Shown here: in pieces, positions 1 through 9,340 of the stretch
Layout: every line of letters starts with the position of its first letter
How positions within the stretch are numbered: the first letter of the stretch is position 1
Source of the DNA: Candidatus Poseidoniia archaeon
GTDB lineage: Archaea > Thermoplasmatota > Poseidoniia > MGIII > CG-Epi1
DNA: 64,000 nucleotides
Direction: 5' to 3'
NCBI GenBank assembly: GCA_030748895.1
Contig: JASMLC010000003.1
Coordinates: forward strand, 3,621 to 67,620
Made by a program: the position numbers and the translations under genes
The notes under the pieces: model-generated
The model's input: the letters and a program-made list of their open reading frames with translations, nothing else
Told to the model about the DNA's origin: nothing
Databases searched by the model: none

Positions 1-1710
1 CTCATCTGGTGCTGGGCCGCCGCGCTGGCGCTCAACTGGGAGCTGTGGCGCGGGAGCGGCGCGGCGGGCGGCGACGCGGCTGGTGCGCGGCGCCGCGGTG
101 ACGTGCACCAACAGCGAGTATTGGTGCTCTTCGCTTCGGGTATCCTGCTGGCGCTGGCGGCCATCCAGCTCGCGATTAACCCGTTCACGCTCTCCGACCC
201 GCTCCCGACCGAAGGACGCGGGCTGAACCCGCTGCTGCAATCGCCGTGGATGACCATTCATCCGCCGATAGTTTTCGCCGCCTACGGCTTCGCGGTGCCG
301 CTCTACGCGGCGGGGCTGGCGGCGCTGGTGGCGCGCGGCGACGCGTGGCTCGATGTAGGGCGGCGCTGGGCGCGCTGGTTCTGGCTGCTGACCGCGGGCG
401 CGCTGACGATGGGGGGCTACTGGGCCTACACGACGCTCGGCTGGGGCGGCTTCTGGGCGTGGGACCCCGTGGAAACGTCGGGGCTGCTGCCGTGGCTGGC
501 GGGCACCACCTTCCTGCACGCGGCGGTGATGGGGAAGCGCAAGCACCACTACGCACTGCTGGGGCCGCTGCTGGCGATGATGGTGCTGCTGCTGGTGCTG
601 TTCGAGTCGTTCGTCACGCGCGGCGGCATCTGGCTCTCGGTGCACGCCTTTCTGCCGTCGCAGGGCGATAGCGCCGCGCAGCGGTTCCTGGCCGTGATGG
701 CTGACGACCGCTCGGTGAAGGGGCTGGTGCTGCTGCTCGGCAGCTGTCTGGCAGCGACCGGTTTCACGACGGCGCGCGCCTACTCGCGCGCGCCGTCGCC
801 CGAGCCGCGGCAGCGCGAAAAGCTCGAGGAATGGCTCGACGAAGACACCACCTACTTTGGAGCAATCTACACCCAGCTGCTCATCCTGACCGTCACGCTG
901 GTGCTGCTGCTGACGGGAGTCAACGGCTACCTGCCCGGCTTCGTCTTCGAGACCCGGCTGGCGCTCTTCGTCGCGCTGCTGGCGGCGTTCTTCGCCATCT
1001 ACACGCTCCAGCGCTGGCATCCGCCGCGGCAGCTGCTCGGCTGGTGCGGCGCCGCCGCTGGCGCGAGCGTGGTGCTGGGGCTGCTGCTGCTCGGTGCACG
1101 CCCCGGCTCGTGGATGGCGGGCGCGGCACTACCGTGGGCCGCGCTCGCCGGCTACGCGGCGCTGCGCTATCTCTGGAGCTTCCGCGGGAAGCCATTGCTG
1201 CCGCGGCTGCGCGCGTGGGGGCCGTATATCGCGCATCTCGGCATCATCCTGGTGGCGCTCGGCTACGGCGTTTCCTACGGGCTGGACCAGGTTGAGACCA
1301 TCGAGCTGGAAGAGGGCGAAACCGCGGAGGCGGCCGGCTTCACGGTGACGCTCGACGAAGTCGCGATGCGCCCCGGCGAGGAGAACCGGCTCGAGGCGCA
1401 GTTCCGGCTGCACCGCGGCGACAAGCTCGTGGTTGACGCCACCGCGGCGCGGGTCAACACCGCCGGCAGCGCCGAATGGCGCACGCTCATCTACCTCGAG
1501 CACCGCCTCGACCGCGACATCTACGTCACGCTTGACGAGGCGGTCCCCGGCGAGGGCGACCAGCCGAGCCGCGCGACGCTCACCGTGCGGCAGATTCCCG
1601 GCATCATGCTGGTCTGGACCGGAGCGCTGCTAACGACGGGCGGCATGGCGCTCACGATGTTCACCGACTGGGCGCCGGGGAAGCAATGGCTACGCAAATT
1701 TAATTTCTGA
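1..1710 (+). CDS. ccmF: Cytochrome c biogenesis heme lyase CcmF/CcsA family (5' truncated by window edge)
   Basis: WGGFWAWDPVETSGLLPWL (WWD motif), conserved His in IHPP/FLHAA/SVHAF, many TM segments; frame open back to base 1. Confidence 0.9.
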   Translation, partial: LIWCWAAALALNWELWRGSGAAGGDAAGARRRGDVHQQRVLVLFASGILLALAAIQLAINPFTLSDPLPTEGRGLNPLLQSPWMTIHPPIVFAAYGFAVPLYAAGLAALVARGDAWLDVGRRWARWFWLLTAGALTMGGYWAYTTLGWGGFWAWDPVETSGLLPWLAGTTFLHAAVMGKRKHHYALLGPLLAMMVLLLVLFESFVTRGGIWLSVHAFLPSQGDSAAQRFLAVMADDRSVKGLVLLLGSCLAATGFTTARAYSRAPSPEPRQREKLEEWLDEDTTYFGAIYTQLLILTVTLVLLLTGVNGYLPGFVFETRLALFVALLAAFFAIYTLQRWHPPRQLLGWCGAAAGASVVLGLLLLGARPGSWMAGAALPWAALAGYAALRYLWSFRGKPLLPRLRAWGPYIAHLGIILVALGYGVSYGLDQVETIELEEGETAEAAGFTVTLDEVAMRPGEENRLEAQFRLHRGDKLVVDATAARVNTAGSAEWRTLIYLEHRLDRDIYVTLDEAVPGEGDQPSRATLTVRQIPGIMLVWTGALLTTGGMALTMFTDWAPGKQWLRKFNF

Positions 1711-1756
1711 CGATTGGTATTTAAATAATTCGAGTGCCAAGCCACCGGCGTTGTCG

Positions 1757-2061
1757 TCCTGACGGAGCGCCCGCTGCCGCGCCCCTTCTCCGCCCCGCTA
1801 CCCATCCGAGCGTCGGAAGTCCACGGTGGGGCTGCTCCCTTCCGGGCCTGACCCGATTCCCGTGGTGAAGGCCGACGGCCTGCCCTCCGGCAGACCGCAC
1901 TGACCGCCTGCGACCCCGGAGGACAGGACTTCACGGTCGGATTGCGGATTGGGCGACCCACTGGGTGCGCCGCCGCCGGCTGTCGCCCCCCCTGAAGGCG
2001 GTTGGGGGTCACAGGGTACGTCTAGCTCCCCGGCCAAGCTCAGCCCTCCCTTTCGTCAGGG
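1757..2061 (-). ncRNA. ffs: Archaeal SRP RNA (7S)
   Basis: Minus strand has the helix-8 motif TCAGGCCCGGAAGGGAGCAGC (1830-1851); terminal helix CCTGACG (2054-2060) / CGTCAGG (1758-1764) closes ~305 nt. Confidence 0.93.
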
Positions 2062-2064
2062 CAG

Positions 2065-3048
2065 CTATTTGGAGCTTTGCATGCCGAAAACCCGCTTCAG
2101 GCCGCGCGCCGAGCCGCGAAACAGCTTGCCGGTCCAGGTCTCCTGCTCGCCGCTGAACTGCTTCATGATGGCGTGGCCGTAGGGCTCGATGGTCTCGCTC
2201 GCGACCGTCGCGTAGCCGTGCTCGTGAATCTCGGCCAGCGTGTCGCCGTAGTAGCCCAGGATGTTTTCGTAGAGCATCTCGCCCGCGACTTGCGGCGCGG
2301 CGACTGCGAGCCCCGCCGCCTGCCGGGCGCGCGCGGTCGCCTGTAGCGTCATCACGCCCCCCAGCTCGAGCAGCGACTGCCCCTCGTCGGTCGCCGTGTC
2401 AAGGAAATCCTGCATGACGGTCGTCACTTCGTCGGTGACGTCGCCGGCGGCGCGGCCGGTGGTCGAGAAGAGCTCGCCGATGGAGTCGCGGATTTCGTCG
2501 ATGTTCTCGCGCACCTGCTCGTGCGAGAGCGGCGGCGTGTCGATGTTCTGCGCGAAGCTGGCGGTGGTGCGTTCAAGGCCTTCAAGGAGTTCGGCGAGCG
2601 AGCCGGGCTCGCTCGCCTCGTCGAGATAGCCCTTGGCGACCAGCTCGCCGTGGAGCCGGTCGAGATACACCTGCCCGCCCTTGACCGAGTCGGCGAAGAA
2701 GGCGAAGACCCACAGCGGCGAGAGATGCACCGTTGCGACGCCGATGCCCTCGATGGCGTTGCCGAGCAGCTTGCGCGTCGCGTAGTCGCCCGTAAGGCCT
2801 TCGTCCTCGTAGACGCCCTCGACGCCGCCGACGTTCTCGACCGCGAAGCGCAGGATGTTGCCGACGAACAGGTTGTAGCTGGTGGTGTCCTTGACGAAGT
2901 CCGGTACCAGCAGGTCGGTAGTCTCCTTCAGCATCCCGCCCAGCAGCGCCGTAAGGCCGCGCAGGTAGCGCTCCGGCAGCGAGATGGTGTAGAGCGCCCC
3001 CTCCCAGAGCGCCTCGCCGGCGCGCCGCAGCGGTTCAGGCATTGACAA
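2065..3048 (-). CDS. Hypothetical protein, 327 aa, acidic and predicted helical
   Basis: Clean ORF with normal composition, overlaps the hutI stop; no motif recognised. Confidence 0.7.
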   Translation of the reverse strand: MSMPEPLRRAGEALWEGALYTISLPERYLRGLTALLGGMLKETTDLLVPDFVKDTTSYNLFVGNILRFAVENVGGVEGVYEDEGLTGDYATRKLLGNAIEGIGVATVHLSPLWVFAFFADSVKGGQVYLDRLHGELVAKGYLDEASEPGSLAELLEGLERTTASFAQNIDTPPLSHEQVRENIDEIRDSIGELFSTTGRAAGDVTDEVTTVMQDFLDTATDEGQSLLELGGVMTLQATARARQAAGLAVAAPQVAGEMLYENILGYYGDTLAEIHEHGYATVASETIEPYGHAIMKQFSGEQETWTGKLFRGSARGLKRVFGMQSSK

Positions 3049-4240
3049 CCCGGCCGCCGATAATCACGGTCTCGACGTGGTTGATACCAAAATGGTAGGT
3101 CAAATGGCGGTAGTCGGGGACGTCGCACACCAGCAGGTCGGCGCGCCAGCCCGGCGCAATCGCACCGCGGTTACTGCGCCCCAGCGCCAGCGCGCCGTTG
3201 AGCGTCGCGGCGGTCAGCGCCTCGCCCGGCGTCAGCCCCATGCGGAAAACGGCGAGCTGCATCACCATCTGCATCGACTCAGTGTAGCAGTTGGGATTGC
3301 AGTCGGTCGCCAATGCGAGCGGAAGGCCGGCGGCGACCATCTTGCGCGCCGGCGCGAACTCCGACGAGAGCAGCGCCAGCGGCGTTCCCGGCAGCAGGAT
3401 GCCGGTCGCCCCCGAATCGCGCAGCGCCTCGATGGCCTCGAGCGTCGAGCCGGCGAGATGGTCGGCCGACGCGACGCGCAACTCGGCGCCGAGCGCGCCG
3501 CCGCCGCTGTCACCGAACTCGTCGGCGTGGATGCGCAAGCCCATCCCCGCCTCGCGCGCCGCCTCCAGCAGGCGGCGCGACTCGTCGACGGTGAAAGCGC
3601 CCTCCTCGCAGAAGACGTCGCAGTATTCGGCCAGCGCCGCCGCCTCGGGCAGCATCTGCTCCAGCTGCTCCAGGTATTCGCCGCGGCTCGCGTCGTCGGG
3701 GAGCGCGTGCGCGCCCATGAAGGTCGAAACCACCTCGGCCAGCCCCTGCTCGCCGAGCCAGCGCGCGACGCGCAGCTGCTTCAGCTCCTCCTCGCGCTGG
3801 AGTCCGTAGCCCGATTTTATCTCGATGGTCGTCGTTCCGGTGCGGGTCGCGTTGTGCAACCGCTTCAGCGACTGCTCGCGCAGCTCCTCCTCGTTGGCGG
3901 CGCGGGTCTCGCGGACGGTGCGCAGGATGCCGCCGCCGTCAGCCAGGATGTCCTGGTAGCTGCGCCCCTGCAGCTTCCACTCCAGCTCGTGCTCGCGCGA
4001 GCCGGCCCAGACAAGATGGGTGTGCGGGTCAACGAAACCGGGCACCACCACCTTGCCGCGCGCGTCGATGACTTCAGCCTCAGGGTAGTCCAGCTTGCGC
4101 CCCACCTCGACGATGCGGCCGTTGCGAATCGCGACGTCGCTACGGGTGTGCAGTTCGATACGTCCCATTGCGTCGCCCGCCAGCGGCGATTCCGATGCGG
4201 GGGGCGAAGCGACCTGCGTCGCACCCTTCAGCAACAGCAT
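3035..4240 (-). CDS. hutI: Imidazolonepropionase
   Basis: PGFVDPHTHLVWAG, EIKSGYGL, IHADE, LATDCNP amidohydrolase motifs; start refined to ATG at 4240 (MLLLKGAT). Confidence 0.95.
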   Translation of the reverse strand: MLLLKGATQVASPPASESPLAGDAMGRIELHTRSDVAIRNGRIVEVGRKLDYPEAEVIDARGKVVVPGFVDPHTHLVWAGSREHELEWKLQGRSYQDILADGGGILRTVRETRAANEEELREQSLKRLHNATRTGTTTIEIKSGYGLQREEELKQLRVARWLGEQGLAEVVSTFMGAHALPDDASRGEYLEQLEQMLPEAAALAEYCDVFCEEGAFTVDESRRLLEAAREAGMGLRIHADEFGDSGGGALGAELRVASADHLAGSTLEAIEALRDSGATGILLPGTPLALLSSEFAPARKMVAAGLPLALATDCNPNCYTESMQMVMQLAVFRMGLTPGEALTAATLNGALALGRSNRGAIAPGWRADLLVCDVPDYRHLTYHFGINHVETVIIGGRVVNA

Positions 4241-4288
4241 GGGCGCCCAGAGCGCGAAGCCATAAAGCCCGCTGGCGTTGCCGACTTG

Positions 4289-5560
4289 ATGCTCGAGATG
4301 GCGCGGTTCCGCGACTCGCCCGCAGCGATATTCGCCGACCTCGAGTGGCGCGGGCTTGACCGCGCCGCGGCTGAGACGGTCATCGCCGCTGACGAACGCT
4401 GGCGCAGCCTCATCGACGAAGGCAACAAGCTGCGCAGCGACCGCAACCGCATCTCGCGCGAAATTGGCACCGCCAAAAAGGCGGGCGGCGATACGCAGCC
4501 GCTGCTCGAGCAGATGCAAACGCTGAAGCAGCGGCTGCCGCAACTCGAGCAGGAGACTGCCGCCGCGCTGGCGGAGCGCGATACAGCACGCATGCGCGTC
4601 CCCAACCTGCTCGACGAGGCGGTACCGCAAGGCAACGGCCCCGACGGCAACGTCGAGCTGGCGCAGCATGGCGAACGGGGCGATTTCGGCTTCGAGCCGA
4701 AATCGCACAACGAGCTGCTCGAAACGCTGGCGGGCGCCGACCTAGAGCGCGCCGCGAAGGTCGCCGGGCGCCGCTTCTACTTCCTTACCGGGGGACTGGC
4801 GCGGCTCGAGCTGGCGCTGGTGAACTACGCGGTCGAGCTGCTGGCGGAACGCGGCTACGAGCCGGTGGTGCCGCCTTTCGTGATGAACCGCGAGGCGTAC
4901 GAAGGTGTCGTCGATTTGGGCGACTTCGAGGAGGTAATGTACAAAATCGAGGACCACGACCTCTACCTGATTGCCACCTCGGAACATCCTCTGACTGCGC
5001 GGTTCCGCGACGAAATCCTCGAGCCGAAATCGCTACCACTAAAGTTCTGCGGACTCTCGACCAACTTCCGGCGCGAGGTGGGCGCGCACGGCCTCTCCGA
5101 CCGCGGCATCTGGCGCGTCCACCAGTTCGCCAAGGTCGAGCAGGTCGCCATCTGCAAACCCGAGGATTCGGCCGCGCTGCACGAGGAGCTGCTGCAGAAC
5201 GCGGTCGACCTCCTCGCTGGGCTGGAAGTGCCGTTCCGCGTCATCGATATCTGCACCGGTGACATTGGTACCGTCGCCGCACGCAAGTTCGACCTCGAGG
5301 CGTGGATGCCCAGCGTGGGAGAGTGGAAGGAGGTCGTCAGCGCCAGCAACTGCACCGCCTACCAGTCCCTGCGGCTGAACATGCGCTACCGCACCCCCGA
5401 CGGGACCGCGACGCCGCACACACTCAATGCGACCGGCATCGCCACCACGCGCACGCTGGCCGCCATCCTCGAGAACTGCCAGCGAGCCGACGGCTCGGTC
5501 GCCATTCCCGAACCGTTGCGCAAGTGGATGGGCGACGCGGAAGCGCTGACGCCGGCATGA
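4289..5560 (+). CDS. serS: Seryl-tRNA synthetase
   Basis: N-terminal coiled coil, LIATSEHPL, FRREVGAHG...RVHQFAKVEQ, EVVSASNC; start refined to ATG at 4289. Confidence 0.97.
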   Translation: MLEMARFRDSPAAIFADLEWRGLDRAAAETVIAADERWRSLIDEGNKLRSDRNRISREIGTAKKAGGDTQPLLEQMQTLKQRLPQLEQETAAALAERDTARMRVPNLLDEAVPQGNGPDGNVELAQHGERGDFGFEPKSHNELLETLAGADLERAAKVAGRRFYFLTGGLARLELALVNYAVELLAERGYEPVVPPFVMNREAYEGVVDLGDFEEVMYKIEDHDLYLIATSEHPLTARFRDEILEPKSLPLKFCGLSTNFRREVGAHGLSDRGIWRVHQFAKVEQVAICKPEDSAALHEELLQNAVDLLAGLEVPFRVIDICTGDIGTVAARKFDLEAWMPSVGEWKEVVSASNCTAYQSLRLNMRYRTPDGTATPHTLNATGIATTRTLAAILENCQRADGSVAIPEPLRKWMGDAEALTPA

Positions 5561-6063
5561 GCGTCGCGCTGCTGCCGGGGCGCTTCCAGCCCTTCCACCG
5601 CGGCCATGTCGCCATCGCGCAAGCCGCAGTCGCCGACGGCCACGAACTGCTGGTGATGATTGGCTCGGCGCAGGAGGCGGGAACTTGGGAGAACCCCTTC
5701 TCGGCCGACGAGCGGCGCGAAATGGTCGCAGCCGGAATGGCGGCGGCCGGCCTCGCGCCACGCGCAATCATGGCGGTCGAGGACCTCAACGACTACGACC
5801 GCTGGGTCGCCCACGTCGTCGCGCGGCTGGGGCCGTTCGACTGCGTCTATTCCGCCAACACACTAGTGCAACGGCTTTTCGGCGCGGCAGGCTACCCCGT
5901 TATCGCGCCGGAGCTACAGAACCGCCGGGCGTGGGAGGGCGCCGCCATCCGTCAGGCTTTGGCCGCGGCGGGGGCATGGGAAGCGGCGCTGCAGCCCGAA
6001 GTGGCAGCGCTGGTACGCGGCTATGGCGGCCCGGAACGGCTGCGCGCGCTGGCGCCGGGATAG
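5557..6063 (+). CDS. nadM: Nicotinamide-nucleotide adenylyltransferase
   Basis: GRFQPFHRGH (HxGH), GSAQE...NPFSADER; ATG overlaps the serS stop (ATGA). Confidence 0.9.
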   Translation: MSVALLPGRFQPFHRGHVAIAQAAVADGHELLVMIGSAQEAGTWENPFSADERREMVAAGMAAAGLAPRAIMAVEDLNDYDRWVAHVVARLGPFDCVYSANTLVQRLFGAAGYPVIAPELQNRRAWEGAAIRQALAAAGAWEAALQPEVAALVRGYGGPERLRALAPG

Positions 6064-6122
6064 CGCTGCGAACAGCCTCGTGGCTCTCAAAGATATGCAT
6101 ATAAACTAAGGCAGGGCCCGTT

Positions 6123-6692
6123 TCAGTCGACCTTGACTCGAGTGCCCTGCGGTTTTTCCGACTCCTGCTTCTTGAGCACGAGGTCGAGGATACCGTTGGT
6201 GTAAGTTGCCTTGGCCGAGTCGGGAATGACCTTGCAGCGCAGCGGCAGCCGCTTGTAGTAGTTGCGCGCGTCGGTCTCGACCTTGATTACGACTTCCTGC
6301 TCGCTGGCGTCGATGTCAATATCGGCTTTCGAGACGCCGGGAAGCTCGACCGTAATGGCGACCTCCTCCTCTGTCTCGTTGGTGTCGGTTAGCGGCTCGC
6401 GGCTGCCGGCTTCCACCGTCGCCTTCTGGCCAGCCGGGCCAAACAGCCCGTGGCTGGTGTTGCCGAACTCCTCGAACTGCGGACGGCCGTCGGGGCCGGA
6501 GCGCATGCTGAAGCCCCAGACGAAGGGAGACTTGCCGTCCGCCTCGGGCATATTGCCTTCGGCAGCGTCGCGCATCATTTCGTCCATCGTCTTGCGCATG
6601 CGCCTGAACTCGGCGTCCAGGCTGCCGAACAGGTCGTCCAGGTTCCAGTCCTGACTGAACCAGTCATCTTTCTCGTCTCGTTTCCAGTTCAT
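6123..6692 (-). CDS. hsp20: Archaeal small heat-shock protein Hsp20
   Basis: PFVWGFSMRSGPDGRPQFEEFGN, alpha-crystallin domain ending ATYTNGILDL; SD GAGGT upstream. Confidence 0.93.
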   Translation of the reverse strand: MNWKRDEKDDWFSQDWNLDDLFGSLDAEFRRMRKTMDEMMRDAAEGNMPEADGKSPFVWGFSMRSGPDGRPQFEEFGNTSHGLFGPAGQKATVEAGSREPLTDTNETEEEVAITVELPGVSKADIDIDASEQEVVIKVETDARNYYKRLPLRCKVIPDSAKATYTNGILDLVLKKQESEKPQGTRVKVD

Positions 6693-6710
6693 AATTACCT
6701 CGTATCAGTA

Positions 6711-6727
6711 TACAACTTTAAGTTGTA
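6711..6727. promoter_or_regulatory. Perfect 8-1-8 inverted repeat TACAACTT-T-AAGTTGTA, candidate heat-shock operator
   Basis: Lies between the hsp20 TATA-like element (~6748-6757) and the start codon; core is AAC-N5-GTT. Confidence 0.6.
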
Positions 6728-6776
6728 AACCTCATGTTGCTTACTGCTATATATAATTATTGGCCCGGGCGACAAA

Positions 6777-9302
6777 TCAGCTGAACTCCATCTCGTCTTC
6801 GTCCTCGACAACTTGTGCCTTCACCACGACTGGCGTCGCTTCGACTGCCCCGGCCTCGACCGGTTGTACCGCTACAGCTTCGACCGGCGTTGCCTCCACG
6901 GGCTGCACTGCGACCGGCTCGACCGCGACTGCCTCGACCGGTGTCGCCTCCACAGGCTGCGCCACGACTGGCGCCGCTACGACCGGCTGCACGGCTACCG
7001 GTTCGGCCGCAACTGGTTGCGCCACTACTGGCTGCGCGGCGACGGGGGCTGGCGTTACGGCTAGCGCGGCCGCTACCGGCTGCACCGGCGCAGGTTCCGG
7101 CACGGGCGCAGTAATCGCGGCGGGCGGCGCCGCTTCGGCTGCCGCTACCGGGGGCGCCTCGGCAGAGGCGACCGGCAGCCCCTCCGCAGCGGCAACCGCG
7201 GGTGGCTCGTCAGGGTCGCCTTCCTCTTCCTCGTCATCGTAATCCTCATCGTCGCGCGAGACATACCAGTAGCCGCCGCCGGCAATCCCGGCGAAGAGTA
7301 CCGCCGCGACTCCGTAGAGCAGCAGGCTGGAACTGGTTTCTTCGGCCGCTGTCACCGCCTCGACCGAGAAAGCGCGCTTTTCGGAGATGCGCGCGTGCTG
7401 GTCGTTCGAAATCCAGACTTCCATGGTGTAGTGACCAGTAGCTGCGCTGCCGGGAACGCTGACGCGCAGCGTCACTGTCTGCGTGCCGCCGGGCGGAATC
7501 AGGATTAGCGACTGCGCCGAGACCGGCTGACCGTCGCGGTCGCTGAAGCTGAGCCAGCTCGAGGCGGCGGGGTCGGTCAATGATTCTGAAGCGAAATAAA
7601 TCCGGATTGGCTCTTCGGAGTTGGTGTTGCGCACCTCGAACTGGTGGCTCACCGAGCCCCCCTGCTCTGCGCTCAGTTGCAGGTTGGAGTGGCGCAGGTC
7701 GATTAAGCCGGACTGCACCAGCTCGATGTCGACCGTCGCGCTCTCGCTGCCACTGCCGCCGCCCGTGAGTGACGCACTGATGGTGGCGGTCCCGGTGCCA
7801 CCGCCGTAACTGGGGCTGACCGAGAGGGTCACCTGCACCTGTTGCGCCTCGTCCGGCGCGAGGCCGCTCACCATACTGGGGCTGAAGCTGGCCGTGAACG
7901 CCCCGGAGGGGTTGGAGACTGAGCTGAATGTGTAGCTCGCATCCTGGTTGCCCTTGTTGGTGACTGCAACCTGGAACTGCACTTCCCCGCGGTCGCGGAT
8001 GCTAATATCAGGGCTGCCGAGCAGGTCGAGCCGGAAGCTCCAGTCAGGGTCAGGAATACGCGCGGTCGTCGAGAAGACCTGACTGTCGTGGATGCCAGCA
8101 TCGCTCTCGGCGCGCGCAGTAACGACGGTGTTATCCTCCTCGCCGTCGCCCGCGCTGGAGGGGGCGGTAATCGTCAGCTGGACCGACTTGCTGTCGCCAG
8201 CGGCAAGGAAGAAATCGTCATCACCCAGTTCGGCGGTCCAGCCATCAATCGTGGCGGCGGTCGAGAGCAGGACGTTGTCGTCGCCGCTGCCGCTGTTGTA
8301 GACCGTCAGCGTGTAGGTATACGACTTGCCGGGGTTGACGTTACGCGAAGTGGTGCCGGCATCGACCTCCAGCTCGGGCTTGGCCGGGATGTCGACCCAG
8401 ACCGTGAAATCGGCGCTCCATTCGTGGTCGCTGAGCGTGTCGGTGAAGGTCACCTCGACCGAGTAGGCGTTGTTGCCCGCCGGCAGCGTATGGCCCTCGT
8501 AGGACCAGTCGAAGCGCGCCTGCATCCAGGTACCCTTGCTGGTCACCAGCTCGCAGCTGCCTTCCCAGGGCGGGTCGCCCTGCGGGCCCATGCGCATCGT
8601 GTAGCCCGCCTTGCCGCCGGGCAGGTAGTCGTTGCTGAAGGCGTCCTCAACACGGGCATAGACTGTCACCTTGCGGCCGGTCTCGTCGTGGTTGGCTGCC
8701 CCGTCAGCGGTGGCGCGGGCGTGGCCCACCGGCAGGATGATACCGCCTTCGAGATCGGGCGAGGCGCGCGAGCCATAGCGCAGCTCGATAGTGGCGTTGC
8801 CGGGCGGCTGCTGGCCCACGTTGAGGTTCCACTGCGCCTCGACACGCAGCGTGAAACCGGCGGTCGGCAGCGCGGTGTGCGCCAGCGTCCCGCTCCCCTC
8901 GAGGAGCGTCTCGCCGTCGTTGACCATCTCGGTAGCAGTCTCGAAGCTGCCCTGCACCTCGTCGGCGACAACGATGCTGAACTGCAACTTGATGTTGATA
9001 TCATGCGACGAGTGGACCGTCACCTTACCACTCCATTCACCCGAGGCGTTAATCGAGAAGCCGAGGCTGGATGACTCCCAGTCGGCGACATGGACGTAGC
9101 TGTTGCCGGTCGGGTTCGAGTCGACCTGCGCCGTGTGCGGGCTGGCGTCGGGCGGGCGGTCGACATCCAGGGCGCCCGGGGCTTCGGTAGAGGCGTCTTC
9201 GTCCATGTAGAACGCGACGGGAGCCTCCTCAGCGGGGAGCGCCGGCAGCAGCAGCAGCAGTGCCAGGCTACCCAGCAACAGCAGTGAACGGGAGAGGTGC
9301 AT
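6777..9302 (-). CDS. Secreted, membrane-anchored surface protein with Ig/NEW3-like beta domains and a cytoplasmic Pro/Val/Ala repeat tail
   Basis: Signal peptide MHLSRSLLLLGSLALLLLLPALPA; repeated TLTVYNSG/QVAVTNKG/FEVRNTN beta modules; TM LLLYGVAAVLFAGIAGGGYWY; low-complexity tail. Confidence 0.8.
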   Translation of the reverse strand: MHLSRSLLLLGSLALLLLLPALPAEEAPVAFYMDEDASTEAPGALDVDRPPDASPHTAQVDSNPTGNSYVHVADWESSSLGFSINASGEWSGKVTVHSSHDINIKLQFSIVVADEVQGSFETATEMVNDGETLLEGSGTLAHTALPTAGFTLRVEAQWNLNVGQQPPGNATIELRYGSRASPDLEGGIILPVGHARATADGAANHDETGRKVTVYARVEDAFSNDYLPGGKAGYTMRMGPQGDPPWEGSCELVTSKGTWMQARFDWSYEGHTLPAGNNAYSVEVTFTDTLSDHEWSADFTVWVDIPAKPELEVDAGTTSRNVNPGKSYTYTLTVYNSGSGDDNVLLSTAATIDGWTAELGDDDFFLAAGDSKSVQLTITAPSSAGDGEEDNTVVTARAESDAGIHDSQVFSTTARIPDPDWSFRLDLLGSPDISIRDRGEVQFQVAVTNKGNQDASYTFSSVSNPSGAFTASFSPSMVSGLAPDEAQQVQVTLSVSPSYGGGTGTATISASLTGGGSGSESATVDIELVQSGLIDLRHSNLQLSAEQGGSVSHQFEVRNTNSEEPIRIYFASESLTDPAASSWLSFSDRDGQPVSAQSLILIPPGGTQTVTLRVSVPGSAATGHYTMEVWISNDQHARISEKRAFSVEAVTAAEETSSSLLLYGVAAVLFAGIAGGGYWYVSRDDEDYDDEEEEGDPDEPPAVAAAEGLPVASAEAPPVAAAEAAPPAAITAPVPEPAPVQPVAAALAVTPAPVAAQPVVAQPVAAEPVAVQPVVAAPVVAQPVEATPVEAVAVEPVAVQPVEATPVEAVAVQPVEAGAVEATPVVVKAQVVEDEDEMEFS
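6800..7200 (-). repeat. Degenerate ~15-bp coding tandem repeats (PVAAQ/PVVAQ/PVEAT/AVQPV)
   Basis: Visible in both the DNA and the protein tail of the 841-aa ORF. Confidence 0.85.
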
Positions 9303-9340
9303 CAGGCAACGGCGATATCTGTTTCCATATTTAACTTGCG

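Noticed and set aside
3035-4708. Long N-terminal extensions of hutI and serS in the ORF track, overlapping each other
   Set aside because: Each extension is the antisense of the other gene. Conserved domains start at 4240 (-) and 4289 (+), leaving a normal 48-bp divergent spacer.
6093-6102. Palindrome ATATGCATAT between convergent nadM and hsp20
   Set aside because: A single 10-bp palindrome downstream of both genes. It could be chance or part of a terminator region, and nothing else supports it.
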